Positions 26,744 to 40,037 of a stretch of DNA of 64,000 nucleotides are shown here, one piece after another (the stretch's first letter is position 1; every line of letters begins with the position of its first letter). Made by a program: the position numbers and the translations under genes. The stretch comes from Syncephalis fuscata S228 (lineage: Eukaryota > Fungi > Zoopagomycota). Under the pieces are notes generated by a model, which did not search any database, had not been told where the DNA came from, and saw nothing but the letters and a program-made list of their open reading frames with translations. The stretch covers positions 248,328 through 312,327 of the forward strand of contig JAHLTZ010000032.1 of assembly GCA_025786725.1 (NCBI GenBank), read 5' to 3'.

Positions 26744-27364
26744 ATGTTCGCCAAGTGTGTCTCTGCTGTTGCGCTTGTTGCCGTCTTGTGCAATGTAGCC
26801 GGCGTCTTGGCCGACGTGGCTATCAACTACCCTGTTGATGGCACGAGCTGGAAGTCCGGCGAGTCGACTAAAGTTACTTGGCTGCCCGGTCCTAATGGCA
26901 TCTCTCAAGGTGCGACCGTTAATATTGAACTGATGCAAGGCGACGACCCAGACAATCTAAAATTGGTCAGCGTTATTGGTCAGGCCAAAGAATCCGACCT
27001 TGGTGCGTCGGTGACAGTGCCATCGAACTTGGTGTCTGGTACCAACTATGCTATCCGTATTGGCAAAAAATATAGTCATTATTTCAGCGTAGCTGGCTCG
27101 GCTGCTCCACCGACCACCAGCAGTGATAGCAGCACTCAAACGACCTCAACCTCAACCTCAACCTCAACCTCAACCTCATCCAGCTCATCCAGCTCTAGCT
27201 CATCCAGCTCTAGCTCATCCAGCCCCAGCGCTTCACCATCAAAGACACCTGTTCGCATGCCATCTAGCGCCACAATTGTTACACCAGGTGCTCAGCCATT
27301 GGTTCTTACCGGTTCACTTATCGCATTGGTGCCAGTGGCTATTCTTGCCGTTTGGGGCTTCTAA
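26744..27364 (+). CDS. Ser/Thr-rich GPI-anchored cell-surface protein (Kre9/Knh1-like N-terminal Ig-like domain)
   Basis: Signal peptide, P..G.SW..G...VTW, IELMQGD, VPSNL..G.NYAIRIG..YSHYF, Ser/Thr tract, hydrophobic C-terminus. Confidence 0.85.
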   Translation: MFAKCVSAVALVAVLCNVAGVLADVAINYPVDGTSWKSGESTKVTWLPGPNGISQGATVNIELMQGDDPDNLKLVSVIGQAKESDLGASVTVPSNLVSGTNYAIRIGKKYSHYFSVAGSAAPPTTSSDSSTQTTSTSTSTSTSTSSSSSSSSSSSSSSSSPSASPSKTPVRMPSSATIVTPGAQPLVLTGSLIALVPVAILAVWGF

Positions 27365-27750
27365 TTTTATTATTGGCACTTCAATATTCATCTATTGATT
27401 ATCTGTCTGTCTATTTGCCTAGTTTGATACTCGAATCACACTGCTATTTTCATATGTCTACGCCACAAGTGTAAGCTTAATGGTGATGCAATAGTACATA
27501 GGCTAAATAGCTGTCATGATTTATTTATCTATACTAATTGATACGCAACGCAATTATTTGATTTATGTTTTATAAACTAAGCCTGTCACACTTTCATTAA
27601 TAGTGATGTGATGTGATGTGATATGAGTACTAATAAAACAATTGCTATAAATATAACTCATAGTTTTATTGATTTACTACTACTACTGCTGCTATTATTA
27701 TTATCATCACTTGAACGAGCGATAGTGCCATCGTTAGCTATACGCACTCG

Positions 27751-29898
27751 CTAATAATTAAGCCAGAATTCTAATGGCAAAATATCGCGCATTGTCTCCC
27801 AGTGCTTCAATGCTGCCGTTTGCTGCCATTGATCGAGTCGATTATTGGCATCGGTGACGATATCGGCTTGGGCAAGTAGCTCGGCGTCAGGTGTGGGCAT
27901 ACGGCACTTGTCTAGCTGGTTAAATGCAAAGTACCGCATATCGCCATCTAGATAGTCAGACTCTTCAAATGGCCGTAATTCAATTGGCAGTGTTGATGCG
28001 ACAAATACCTATTGTATCACACCATTAGTATGAATTTAACAGCAGCATTAATGTTGTACTTACTATATTAACTATGCCACTATTACTAGTAGGTGATTCC
28101 TTGAAGCCAGCTACATGTGGAAATACTTCTTGCAAGGTACGCCAAATTGATAGCATTGCCTTTGCATCTTCGCCATCAATAGATCCAACAAAATTCTATA
28201 TTAAAGATATAATAATAGCATATCAATTATTATGCTATCATAAAGTATAACCTATATAGCCTACCAAAGTAAGTACACCATCTGGCTTGAGTACTCGCTG
28301 AATCTCTTTAATAAACTCAAGTGAAAACAATTGCTTTGGCACGGATCCACCTGTAAATACATCGTGTAATATATAGTCATAAGAGGCGTCAGATGCACGC
28401 TCAATAACGCCACGGCCATCCTCAAGGAATGCATGGCGTGGCTCGGGCAGTCCAAAATAATCGCGTGCATACTTGTAGACCATCGGATCAATCTCAGCAA
28501 TATCTACGGTCATTTTGTGCTTTAGAAGCGAAGTAGCTGAAACACCAATGCCTAAGCCTCTGTTTATAAATTAGCAATGGTTATATATTGCAATAAATGT
28601 ACTTTAGAAACTTACAATGAAAGCGCAGTCTCTGATGATGAATCCTTTTTACGTTCATGTAGTAATCGGCCCACTACAGCACACATTAGTATCAGTGTTT
28701 AACTGGTCAGTATTTACCCACCTTCCATATAGTAGAATGATGCATAGATCGAGTCGTTTGTAGCACGGTATTGGCCACCGATGAGCGAATGACCAGATCG
28801 CAGCATACGAAAAGCGCGCGTTGACTCATCTACAACGGAAAGCTGTCCGGTAATTGATTCAATTCGATCGATCATAGTATAGTTACTGCCGGTAATAACA
28901 TGTTTACTCTAGTAGGCAACAAATCATTAATATTAACTCTATTAACAACTTGGTGCACTTACTGGTTTAAATCCTCGTTGGCATTGTGGATGCTGGAAAA
29001 GAACAAGTGCTACAAGACCAGTAACAACAAATTGCGGTGCATAGCGTAGTGTTAATCGGGACGGCATCATTGAGGACTCGACCACAGGCGATTTATCGGC
29101 AGTATTTGCCGCAGCACTCTTTTGTCGAAGTGCTTCGGTTACAATGAGTTTAATAAAGACCGATAATACGGCATTCAATCCCGCTTGCCATAGCAGTGTC
29201 TCACAACGATGCGATGAATCGACGTGTGTAAATGCCCAGGTTGTAGCTGCCAATGCAATGGCATATACAATAGCACTGGGTGCAATGCGTGCACTAGGCA
29301 GCACCGATGCTCGTCCAGAGAAGCAAGCAATACCATTTACAATACCCAGTAGAGCGAATGACGAATAGCTAAGAAATAGCTGAGTGATATGTGGACCATT
29401 AAGTGGACCCATAACACCGCTCCAGCTGAATAGCCAGCTCATTGTGTAGGGTGCAAACGCGAGTAATACCGATAGCGTGTCAAGCATTGCGGCCAATACT
29501 CGCCAGGTACGTAGGCGACGGATGGCCGGTGTATCGTCGGGCTGTCCGCTTGGGAACCGCACCTGGATGTAGCCGCGCACTGTGCCCGATAAGAAGAATA
29601 GCGATGACATGGGCATGAATGCTAGACGAGCAAACATATTGCCATAAAGCGGCTCAAGATAGGCTGGACCTGCTTGATGGATTTGCCCAAGAGAAAATGC
29701 ACTTGCCAATAGTACGGCAAGACGTGGTAAGAAAAACATTGAGCTGCCACCGACATCGCCTTGCTGTTGTTGCTGCTTAGACGTGGCGTCTTTTCCCGTT
29801 ACTGTTGTCGAAGATGTGATTGAGCCGTTATCCCCGTCATTGCTACTACTATCTGCGGCTTCTTCCTTAACGCGCTTCCGCACTGTGTTTGTCGACAT
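27751..29898 (-). CDS. Membrane-anchored spermidine-synthase-like SAM methyltransferase (multi-exon)
   Basis: Multi-TM N-terminus; RMLRSGHSLIGG, GLGIGVSA, EIDPMV..YARDYFGL, YDYILHDVFTGGSVP..LFSLEF..LKPDGVL, TDANNRL..WQ..AL.HW..MR. Confidence 0.85.
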
Positions 29899-29900
29899 TG

Positions 29901-29933
<33 letters not shown>

Positions 29934-30727
29934 GATACACTGGAAGCAGTTAAGATTCCGGCTTAACAACAAAGAACTGACACAATAGTGAACGTAGTCG
30001 CAATGCAAGGAAAAAGGATAAAGGCCATACACAATCGTGTTTGAGAAGAAATCCACGACGACTGGTGAAGTTTTATTAAGATATAATCAATATCGCAGAT
30101 TTGACACAATATGAGTTGAGCACTTGATTCAGTACTGTTTTGTTATATTTCTATTGATATTGGAAATGGAGCTATGGGCTAATAAAGTTTGTTTATTTTA
30201 AAGTTGGATATTTAGCCGTGCAACTAATAATGCTTTTGTATTTATTAGTTGTAACTATTTTTAGACGTCTTTTATTACATATCAATCTATTATAAATTAA
30301 TATATGATAAGGTTTAGTAAAAAATATTACAGATAAATTCTAGTTAATCGTTGATTGCTTGTATAGCCATTTACTGTGGCCCATTAATTATACACAATGC
30401 TCCATTGTGCGTAACAGGCTTTGTTACCTTGTACCTTTCTATCGGTTTATTATGATTCTTATTTACTTGGATTGTTTAGAATAAAAAACTACGTTAAAAT
30501 CAGCCTATCTATTTTATGCTAAAATGCATTTATTTTTACAAGTAATTATCTTGTAATTGAATTGCCACAAGTCCACTGATTATATAAAATGCTATGCTAT
30601 TATCTTTACCTAAAGGATGTTCTGTTGTTCTTTAATGATTTTAAAATAAAATAAATCAATATTTAAACTATTTTTGATGTTGCTTTAATAGAATGAATAA
30701 AAATAACGGTTTTATTACTACAAAGAT

Positions 30728-31980
30728 TTACGAATGGCGATAGACAATTGAGAGGTTTCCTTGCATTGTTATTAGATAGTCCTCCCTTGCATTATTGTGG
30801 AATATTGCACTAATTGCATGGCATAGCTCTAATAATATCTCCCATGGATTAAGAGCATCCCGAAATATTCTCCAAGAAGGCGTAGAAAGCTTAAGTTTTT
30901 GTATCTTGCTACTGATGGGACAGATATTGGTTGTGTGTGAAATGTATTTGTAATGGTCAAAGGCATATAAATGCACAAGTGCAAGAGCAATGAGTTCAAC
31001 GTTAATCATTACGGCGTTAACTCCACGAGCGATATCGACAGCCGACCAATGGTTGGTGAAGCTAAATACATTGAAATGCACCAGTATAGCTAGAAAAAGC
31101 TTTTGAATAGTAACCAGAAACACTGCCTATAAGTCACATCGATAATCAATGGAATGCTTTCTATTGACATAAATATCACTTACCATTTTAACGGAAAAAA
31201 ACTGAACATTAGGATCATGAAATCTTATTTTGATACGAATAGCGTAATAAATCGATAGCAATCCTTGCATTGCTACCAACATAGAAGCCCCGTTAATAAT
31301 GTTGATCCATAGATTGGCATAATATGGTGCAAGTGAACCAGGGCATAAAAGATTAAAATGATGGGTAGTTGCGGCAATAATCGCAGCAACCGGCTTTATA
31401 GCGACATACTGAAGCACCATAATTTTGGTAATATCTAGGAATTTGGGTGATTTAGGCTGAAAGCAAAATTGGGATAAAAAGGGACGGCAAGTTGTATCAG
31501 TAATTGATTCTTTAATCGCTGATTCTTCGACCGACTTGGCTGATGCGTCGGAAAGATAGTTGCACAGTAAAATAAAGAACGAACCCATCAGAATTGCTTC
31601 GTAAAGATCGCCCATGGCCTCAATGTAGAATGCTTTACGATAGAACAAATAAGAGAACAGAGTACTGATAGCGTAAATGGGAGTAAAAAATAGGATTCGA
31701 ATAATATACCGCTGTTGGGATGGCTAAATGACAGAAGCAGTGCTGTATTAGTTTTTCTGTGGCATGCTTATAGACTATTCACTTTGCCCACCTTATTGTA
31801 GTTGATAGCATGTCGGTAAATAGTAATAAAACTAATTGTAGTTGCTATTAGGGCCGCAACAGCACACACTCCCCAGCCGAATTGATGCATCGTTAGGCGG
31901 CTAGTGTAAAAATGAATGGAATCGTGCACCTGCATGCTTTCACACTCATCGGTGATTAAAGCATTTGCTACTGGTGCCAT
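30728..31980 (-). CDS. TMEM184/OST-alpha family transporter, divergent paralogue (3 exons)
   Basis: HAINYNK-PSQQRYIIRILFFTPIYA, YEAILMGSFF.LL, LQYVAIKP, CPGSLAP, FFSVKM-AVFLV. Confidence 0.85.
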
Positions 31981-32911
31981 CGTGTAGATTTCTTTGATAC
32001 TTTAAAACAAAGACAGTTTTGCTAGAAGCCTATTTTGAAATCTCGCACCACAATGCTCGAAAGAATAGATATTGCAATGCTGATGCTGAGATATTGGTGT
32101 ATTTTGACGTTAACTTGTAAATTAATGGAAATGTAGTGCGATCAGTATATCACAACGGTATGGCAAAAACACTTTTGCAGGCGATAAAAAGGGAATATAT
32201 GGATATCTATGCGTTCGGAGATTTTTAAAAAAGAGAAACAATTTCTTTGTATGTTATATATGGCGTTATATATATATTAATATCTATATAGCACCCAGTA
32301 TGTTTTCCAAACGACAAAGCTGGAGAACCTTTTGGCCATGAAACTATCATGCGACAGTTTTCTAACAGTAAGGAACGAGTTATTCAACTTTAAAACACCA
32401 TTGACTGCATGAAACAACAATTTATTTCAATAGCTTCAAGTTAACAAAAAAGTAATTGATTAACGACAAAGATCACGTTTCAAGTGCCCTTCAAAGCAGT
32501 CATTCTTTGCTATACAGGGATTGCTTCACAAACACCCCTTACCCTTACAGGTGCTATGAAGCATTGTGTAAATTTGGCAAAAGAATGATCAGTTTATTTC
32601 GGCATATTCAATTGTCTAACATCTATTATTATAACTCACACCTGAATAAGGGAAATACGTTTTAATGCTATAGAAAACAGAAACAAACACCAACGCCTAT
32701 TAGCAAATTAGAGTGCTATCTAGTGTTTGAATCACACCATTGCATGCATAAAAGACAAATAAATCTAATCGTGCAATTCTACGATCTGGCCATACCTTAA
32801 TAGCTACTTAATTAATCGAGTGTAGCTATGGATAGTTAGAAGGTTTGCCGCCATACGTGTTGGCCTCCATGTTAGCCTTGTAGCCGGGCTGCTCATGGCC
32901 CCCCGTTACAG

Positions 32912-34179
32912 TCATTGGTATTCCGCCATAAGTGTCGGAATTTGTTGTCCTAGAGTCTGAACATTGACCGCGTTTTGTCTGCGTCGGAATGTACCGGCAC
33001 GTTCCAGTCCACCCTCAATATCCACTTGGGCGGCTAATGGTTCTTCGCGATAAGTGCCGCCAATCGGCAGTGAGCTGCGTGTAACAAGCGCCCATAAATA
33101 ACGAGCACCAAGTGCGACCTCTCGTATTAAATCTATAGGATTCAATGAGTCAACAAGACCCGCCCAAACAGTTTGTTTGACACGCTCTTTTGGACGATAA
33201 ACACGGTAATCAAATGCTTTGACGTGGAGTAGCGCAAAAACTACCATTTCAAAGCAAATCAGAATCGCATTCAAGCCCGTGGCAATATTGGCTTTTGTCC
33301 AATATTCTGTTGGCTTTATAATATTGGCATTTGCTAGAATGTTAATAAGAAATGATTGCCAGAACGAAAAGAATACAACTAGCTTGACGCACAAAAACTT
33401 AAAGAACGGACGATGTGGCGCCAATGCATCTTTGATTGTCACATAAAGCGTAATAAGTGCGTACATGGCCACAGTGACGGAAATAAAGTTGATGCAGCTG
33501 ATATAAACGTTAGCATACTTGGGAGATAGTGACTCTGGGCAGAGCTTGTTCTGGGTCTGAGCAATTATCCCAACGATTGTAAGGATTGGCTCAACAACAG
33601 CGTATTGTAGAATACCCCATTTAAGATACCATATGAGATGACGATTAGCCGGATTGTAGGTGATACAGCAGAAAGGCATGGTGAGTTTTAAACGTCTCGA
33701 CTCTTCACCTACAAAGGCGAAGTGCTGGTCTGCTGGCGTGTCCCCCAAGTAATTTACCAATAAAATGAAGAAGGATGCCAACACAAAGGCTTCGTAAAAA
33801 GAGCGCACAAACTCGAAATAAGGCGCTTCGCGGTAGAAAACATACGAAAACCAGGAAGAAATGGCGAAGATAGGTATCATCAAACAGATGCGTACAATAT
33901 AACGCTGCTGTTTAGGCACCGTATAGTACTGAACATGCTTCAATATCAGTGCGATTGAAATAAAGGTGGCAGTCCAAGCAGCGGCTCCAGACATAATCCA
34001 GCCTATACGATGTGCTATAGAGATAGCAGCAGTGATATTTATATCAGTATAGATATTTGTGGCTTATGTTATTTTGTAGTTTTGCAACTCAACGTACCAT
34101 CCATGGCCAGGATATTCTTGAGATTATCGCCAGGATCTTTGCTTAGCTTAACCCAGCACTCTTCGTGTTCTGGTGTCAT
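32912..34179 (-). CDS. TMEM184/OST-alpha family transporter (2 exons; C-terminus may extend to ~32826 if an indel is corrected)
   Basis: YTVPKQQRYIVRICLMIPIFA, YEAFVLASFF.LL, GILQY, KFLCVKLVVFFSFWQ, LICFEMVVFALLH..AF. Confidence 0.92.
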
Positions 34180-35636
34180 TTTTGCTAGTTTGTTTGAGAC
34201 AATAAATGATATGCTTGTTTTCGATCAAAAGACTATGAGCAATAGCGCCCACGACCAGAAATGCTAAAGGGAGAATGACAAAATATAGAAGTTTGCTATG
34301 CAAAAAAACTGTAGCTATTTATAACAGGAATAGAATATGAAACTCAGACGATAGTTATTAGGACTGTTATGATTCTTGGCAGTATTAAGCAATACAATAC
34401 TGAACTGTACGTTGTAGTAATTACAGGGCTCGATTTGGATATATGTATATTCAAAGGGGAAAAGAAAGAAGCACAGGATAGTACGACATTCAAGAACAGC
34501 ACATAGAAGAGACAGCAAATAAGATAACAGGATTTGACGGCCAAATCAATTGGACGCTTTCTTTAAAGCATTCTGTGTTTTAAACTACGACACGAGAGCT
34601 GTTGTGTTGCACACTATTTGTCAATATGTAATCATTGTTAATACTTGATTTATAAATTAACAACTGAATTGCTGATTACTAAAACATTATAAAACCATAC
34701 TTATTGGATAATCAATAGATAGCAATAATTCTTGCGTCTCTATCAACTGTATCTTATTAATATTTGTCTTTTATACGCTGTTTTCTTTGGATCAATATAT
34801 ATATATATACCGAATCAAAACACTGTATATGGCAATTACATTATTGGTTACTAATCATTAAATCTATAAATATTGGTCGAGAATTTATTGTGGCAATGAT
34901 ATATTATATTATAACTAAGGCATGGCATGTTGCACTACAATAAAACATTTTGCAATAGCGTTATCGCGAGTAATGACTATTATGCTAATTGTTTATAAAT
35001 AAACAAATCAAATCAAATCAAAATAAATTATTTCATTTAGGAGCGCATATTAAATGTCAATTAAGCAAATAAAAGAAATACTAGGTAAGCTAAGTTGTAT
35101 AAGAAAAGTACGGGCAGTGGCAGACCTACATATTTCTCTACAGGATATTCTATTAATATAAAAGCATCGCTTTTTTTATAATTCAAAAGATTTAAACTTT
35201 ATTACCAAATGATACGCTATTTTTGCAATATCCATAATAATATATGCCTGTCTGTATAAATGCTTGCAATAGACTATATGATAAATAAATTGAATTGATG
35301 CTTAATGAATGGTCAATTGAGTACAAAAGCGCTATTATTGTAATGTGTCTGTAGCACTATAATAAAAAAGATAGCAAATAATATTGTAATAAGAACTATA
35401 AAATATAAAAGTATAACCGCATCGTCAATCCAAGTAATGAAATGCCATTCAAATGTAATGGACCAGTGCCACCATTATCATATGCATCAAGCAACAGTCA
35501 TACAGCATGGGCGTTGTAGCATAAGGCCTATTATCGTGCTCTTTGTCAATATCCTTATTAATTAGCCTACAAATCAACTATTTGGTCACATTTTACATGC
35601 CACTTTACGCAATATTTATTAGCAGTAACAACGACA

Positions 35637-38465
35637 ATGTTTGACCAAGCATTACTTCGCCTACAGCGCGAATTGCTTGAGTATCTTCGTGCACCAGACG
35701 AGCAGATATTTATTAAGTATCAAGATGACAATATTACGAAAGTACGAGCTCTTATTGTTGGCCCAGTCCACACGCCGTAAGTTGAGAAAATACTAATTAC
35801 AATGCTGGCAGTAAAGCAAGGCTTTGCCAAAGTTTACTGACTATGACACGATTCTTTACTTAGTTATGCGTTAGGCATGTTTGAATTTCTTATGGAATTT
35901 CCACGCCAATATCCATCAGTGCCGCCTGTAGTAAGAATTATTGTAAGTAGCAATTAAAATAAAACGGCATTATTGGTATTTAATATAAAATGTAGACAAC
36001 TGATGGAGGTCAAACACGATTTAATCCCAATGTAAGCACTTTGCCATTACTGATAAATATTTGGTATATTAACCATTCTGTTAATATGTGTAGTTATACG
36101 CCGATGGCAAAGTGTGTCTTAGTATTCTTGGTAAATAATGTATAACTAGTTTAATTTTTTAACTAACAAATTGGCGGTCACTGTTAGGCACTTGGACCGG
36201 ATCAGCAGGTGAACAATGTAAATAACTCGATGGATATCGAAAAGTATATTGATTTATTACTATTGATAATAGGGTCTTCGGCACACGGCGTTTCCTCAGT
36301 TTTATTATCAATCCAAAGCATCATGTCTGAAACGCCAGTAAGTAAATTAATAGCAAAATATAAATATTATTCAATAATATTTTTTATTGGATTCGCCTTA
36401 GATTGAAGAAGATTCAGACTTTACCAGGTTTGATAAAAAATATATTATTGAAACATGTGACTTTGCTACTAGAATAGAGCTATTTAAAAATCTTACTGGT
36501 GGAAACTTAAAATCGAAAACATCCACTGAAAAACATACTCAGGGTCTTGATTTGATGGAGGCTGAGCCGTCAACATCATCTACGTCAATGGCATCTAATG
36601 GCGATGCAATCAATTCTAAATATACAGCAGAGGTTGCACCAGCATCTATGACAATGGTGACGAGCGATGACACAATGGATTCCAAGGATGTTGTAGAAAC
36701 TAAATCTGAATCAATAGAAACAACGATAGCAGATAATGATTTGGTCGATTTCAAGAACGTGGAATCGATTGAATTGCCGTCAACTACAACAATGCTGGTT
36801 GACAATGACAACGAGGTAATCAATTCCAAAGATACAGCATCGATAAACGCTACCATATGTATATCGCCGGTATCGGTGCAGCCATCAAGTAGTCATAGTT
36901 CCATTGCTAATGACGCAGCATCAAATTCCATGGACACAACGGAAAATGAGAGTTCAAATGAAATGAATACGACTGACAAGACCAAAGCTACAGAAACAAA
37001 TGAAGCTGCACAAATATACAATAACAGAATGCGTCTAATCAATTATTATTATTATGAAAGTGTTGGAGATTGGTATGAAAATATTATCAATTATCGTGAA
37101 GCATTTGAAGCACTATTAAGTATACGCGAAGAGCAATATAAATGTAAAACTATGCATGGTAATTAATAAAAACAACGCAAATATAAAGCACGATTTAACT
37201 ATATTTTTACACATTTAGAAACCATTCGCATATCAGTCTGCGATCGACTGGAGACACTATTAAATATTCGCAAAAAACAGCACACATCAATAAACTGTGA
37301 AGTGCTTAAAAGAATACCGTCCGACATGCCATTCAATGTTAAAGTAACCACTATAATGCCATACATATATCAATCGGATATTTACACTGATGATTTTGCC
37401 GATATTAGTAAACGACTATTTTTATGGCATTTCAACGCTTATTTGGTAGATACACATTAAATTGCTTTTAATTCCTGTGTTTCTAATTTAAACATAGGCT
37501 ATTTGCGAGGCAGAATCTAGGCTGATTGAGGACAGATCACCATTTCAAATGATGCCGTTTGAGAGTAAACATAATGGAATGAGTGGGATATTCAACTACA
37601 GCCAATTGGTTGAACGCTTGTTAAATATCAAGCGAATACTGCTAAAAGAGCAATGCACATGGGAGGAACAGTCAAAGGAGTGGATTAAAGACGAGTGCGG
37701 GACAGGTGATAATTTACGTGGCCAATTACAGCAGATTATCAACTCGAATAGTTTGGAAGGTAAGCATGAATATGGCTGATGAATCACATATTTATATAGT
37801 TTATTAATAACGCATACATGTTACATTTCATAGGTATGGAACTGTCTTTGGAAGATGACAATCCATATATTTGGAACGTGTCCATCTTTGGCAAACCAAT
37901 GACGTAAGAAATAGCCACTGCTGTGCAGTTGGATAACACTAACACTTGGCACATATATTATCAATTAATCCAAACAATATTACACTATTTAGCAATTATG
38001 ATGGCGGCTTCTTTCAGCTAAAACTTGTATTTCACAAAGATTTCCCTGAAGTATGGCCGCGAGCCGTATTCCGCACACCCGTCTATCATTGCCACGTTAC
38101 CGAGGACGGCATTCCTTATTATCGGTAAGTAATAAGGTATTCCAAGCGATACTGTTCTATTTATTTATTCGAGTAAATACAATAAGCTGATACATGCCAT
38201 ATTGCTAATAGTGTGAAGCGAGAAAAAGATTTAAAAGAGCATTTGCAACAAATAGCCGCATTATTCGCCGAAGATCCATCGCCAAATCCGGCCACACATG
38301 TTAATACTAAGGTATTATTTGATGTTGATGAAATAGGCTATAGCAGCAAATTAACAAACTTGCACCATTTAGGCGGCAGCGCTTTACTTTGGTACTGCAG
38401 ACGAGCGGCGTCAATACGCACGCAGTGCACGACGATGTGCTGCCAGATCTGTTGAATACGAATAG
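35637..38465 (+). CDS. UBE2Z-like ubiquitin-conjugating enzyme with a second, Cys-less UBC-like domain (multi-exon)
   Basis: [51 protein letters not shown]; second domain NPYIWNVSIFGKPMTNYDGGFF..FPEVWPR..HCHVTEDGIPYY. Confidence 0.88.
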
Positions 38466-38819
38466 ATCAGTACATTAATAGTAAAGTATAGTATGGGATT
38501 GTCGCGCGCATGAATACGTAATCCAAATAAATTGCTTGTTTGTTTATTATACACTGTTACAGCAATTAAATACTTGCTATAGAGTAAAAGCAGTCTTGAT
38601 CTTCAAACATTCGATTATTCTATTAATAATAATGTTTAATCAACTTTTGCTGCTATTATATATTCATGTTTAATACAGAACAATCATTTGCTAATATAGA
38701 TTATTCAAAATGTTAACATTAATATTTGCTAATAATAACTACATATACTATTGACCAAATAAAACAGCATGTACTCATTTCATCTACATCTATTTTCTTT
38801 TATTGTTATAATACGACGA

Positions 38820-39785
38820 CTAGGCCAATAATTCATCCAAGTCTACGTCCAACGTTGTCTGAGATGCACCAGCAATCATTTGTTCAAATGAGGATAGATT
38901 TGCCAGCGGTTCTGATGACGACACCAATTGTTGCTGCTGCTGCGCCGTAAGACTTGAATCCTGTGCATTATTTGTCGCTGAGATATCAGCCATAGTAGTA
39001 TTACCATCTGCTTCATTTGCACTGGCATTTGCAGCAGCGGCTGCTTTAGCCAGTTGTTGATGATGCTCTTCAATTTCTACAATAATCGATATTAGATTAA
39101 ACAATATAAACAGTATTTTCCAATTAATATGTACTCTCATTTACCTTTACGTCTTTGTCGTCGTATGTCTTCTTCAGCCTTGCGAATTTCCATTAAATTC
39201 AGCTTGCGGTTACGTTCATTCAGCTGCTGGAGCGCTCGTTGTCGCTCATTTGTCTGAGCCTCCAAAATACGATCAATTTCGGCAATTTCGGTATCATACC
39301 GCTTTACAGTATAGGTTAGGTTAACGATATAAATGGCAGCAACAACTATTGCTCAATGCTAATAAAGGATATGTTTCCTGTTCGCCGTTCATTACGGCCC
39401 TTTCACGCTCTCGTATCAATTGTGACTTCTCCAATGTTGGGTTAAACATAATTAATGACTGTTTTACCTTGACCATTTCTTCAACCTCTTGCTGAATACC
39501 AACAAAGACATGATTTAGTTATCAATGCATTGTGTGTAAGTGTAAGGTTTATAACTTACATCGTTAAGCACGTAATTGCGTGCAAATTCCAAATCTTTTT
39601 GTTTCCTTTCAACATCAGACAATGTAATCGGCTTTAGCTGCTCATGCTTTAGTGTGCCCATGTATCGATCGTATTCTCTCTACACATATACACTTTCTAT
39701 TAGATATACTATCCTTTTATCTTTCATTTGATCAATCGGCTGATTTGTTCTAATCCTACCTGAGTACAAGGACCATTTGAAATAG
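38820..39785 (-). pseudogene. RTF1: RTF1 (Paf1 complex), 3' portion only; 5' exons absent
   Basis: ISNGPCTQ-REYDRY..ARNYVLND-QEVEEMV..LEKSQLIRERE..LQQLNERNRKLNLMEIRKAEE..LDVDLDELLA; homology stops at ~39790. Confidence 0.65.
39309..39372 (-). other. U12-type AT-AC minor intron in RTF1
   Basis: Minus strand: 5' ATATCCTTTATT, branch-like TCGTTAAC, 3' ...CCTATAC; removal gives in-frame NGEQE-T-VKRYDTEI. Confidence 0.88.
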
Positions 39786-40037
39786 TATTTTTTACAATTA
39801 TGAATAATTGCATAGTATGTGCAGCTTACTATTTGTTTCAATCTCATTATTATGTATATAACTCACTATTCATTAAACTTTTTACATAATCCAGATACTT
39901 AATATTGTTGAAAAAACAATAACTATGCATGCTAAAATTCAACACAGTCATTAGTATAAATATCATTTAATCATTTGCTCAGGATAATAAAAAATGTATT
40001 AAGTTTTGTTAATAGATTGATTGTAGAGAATAAAGAT

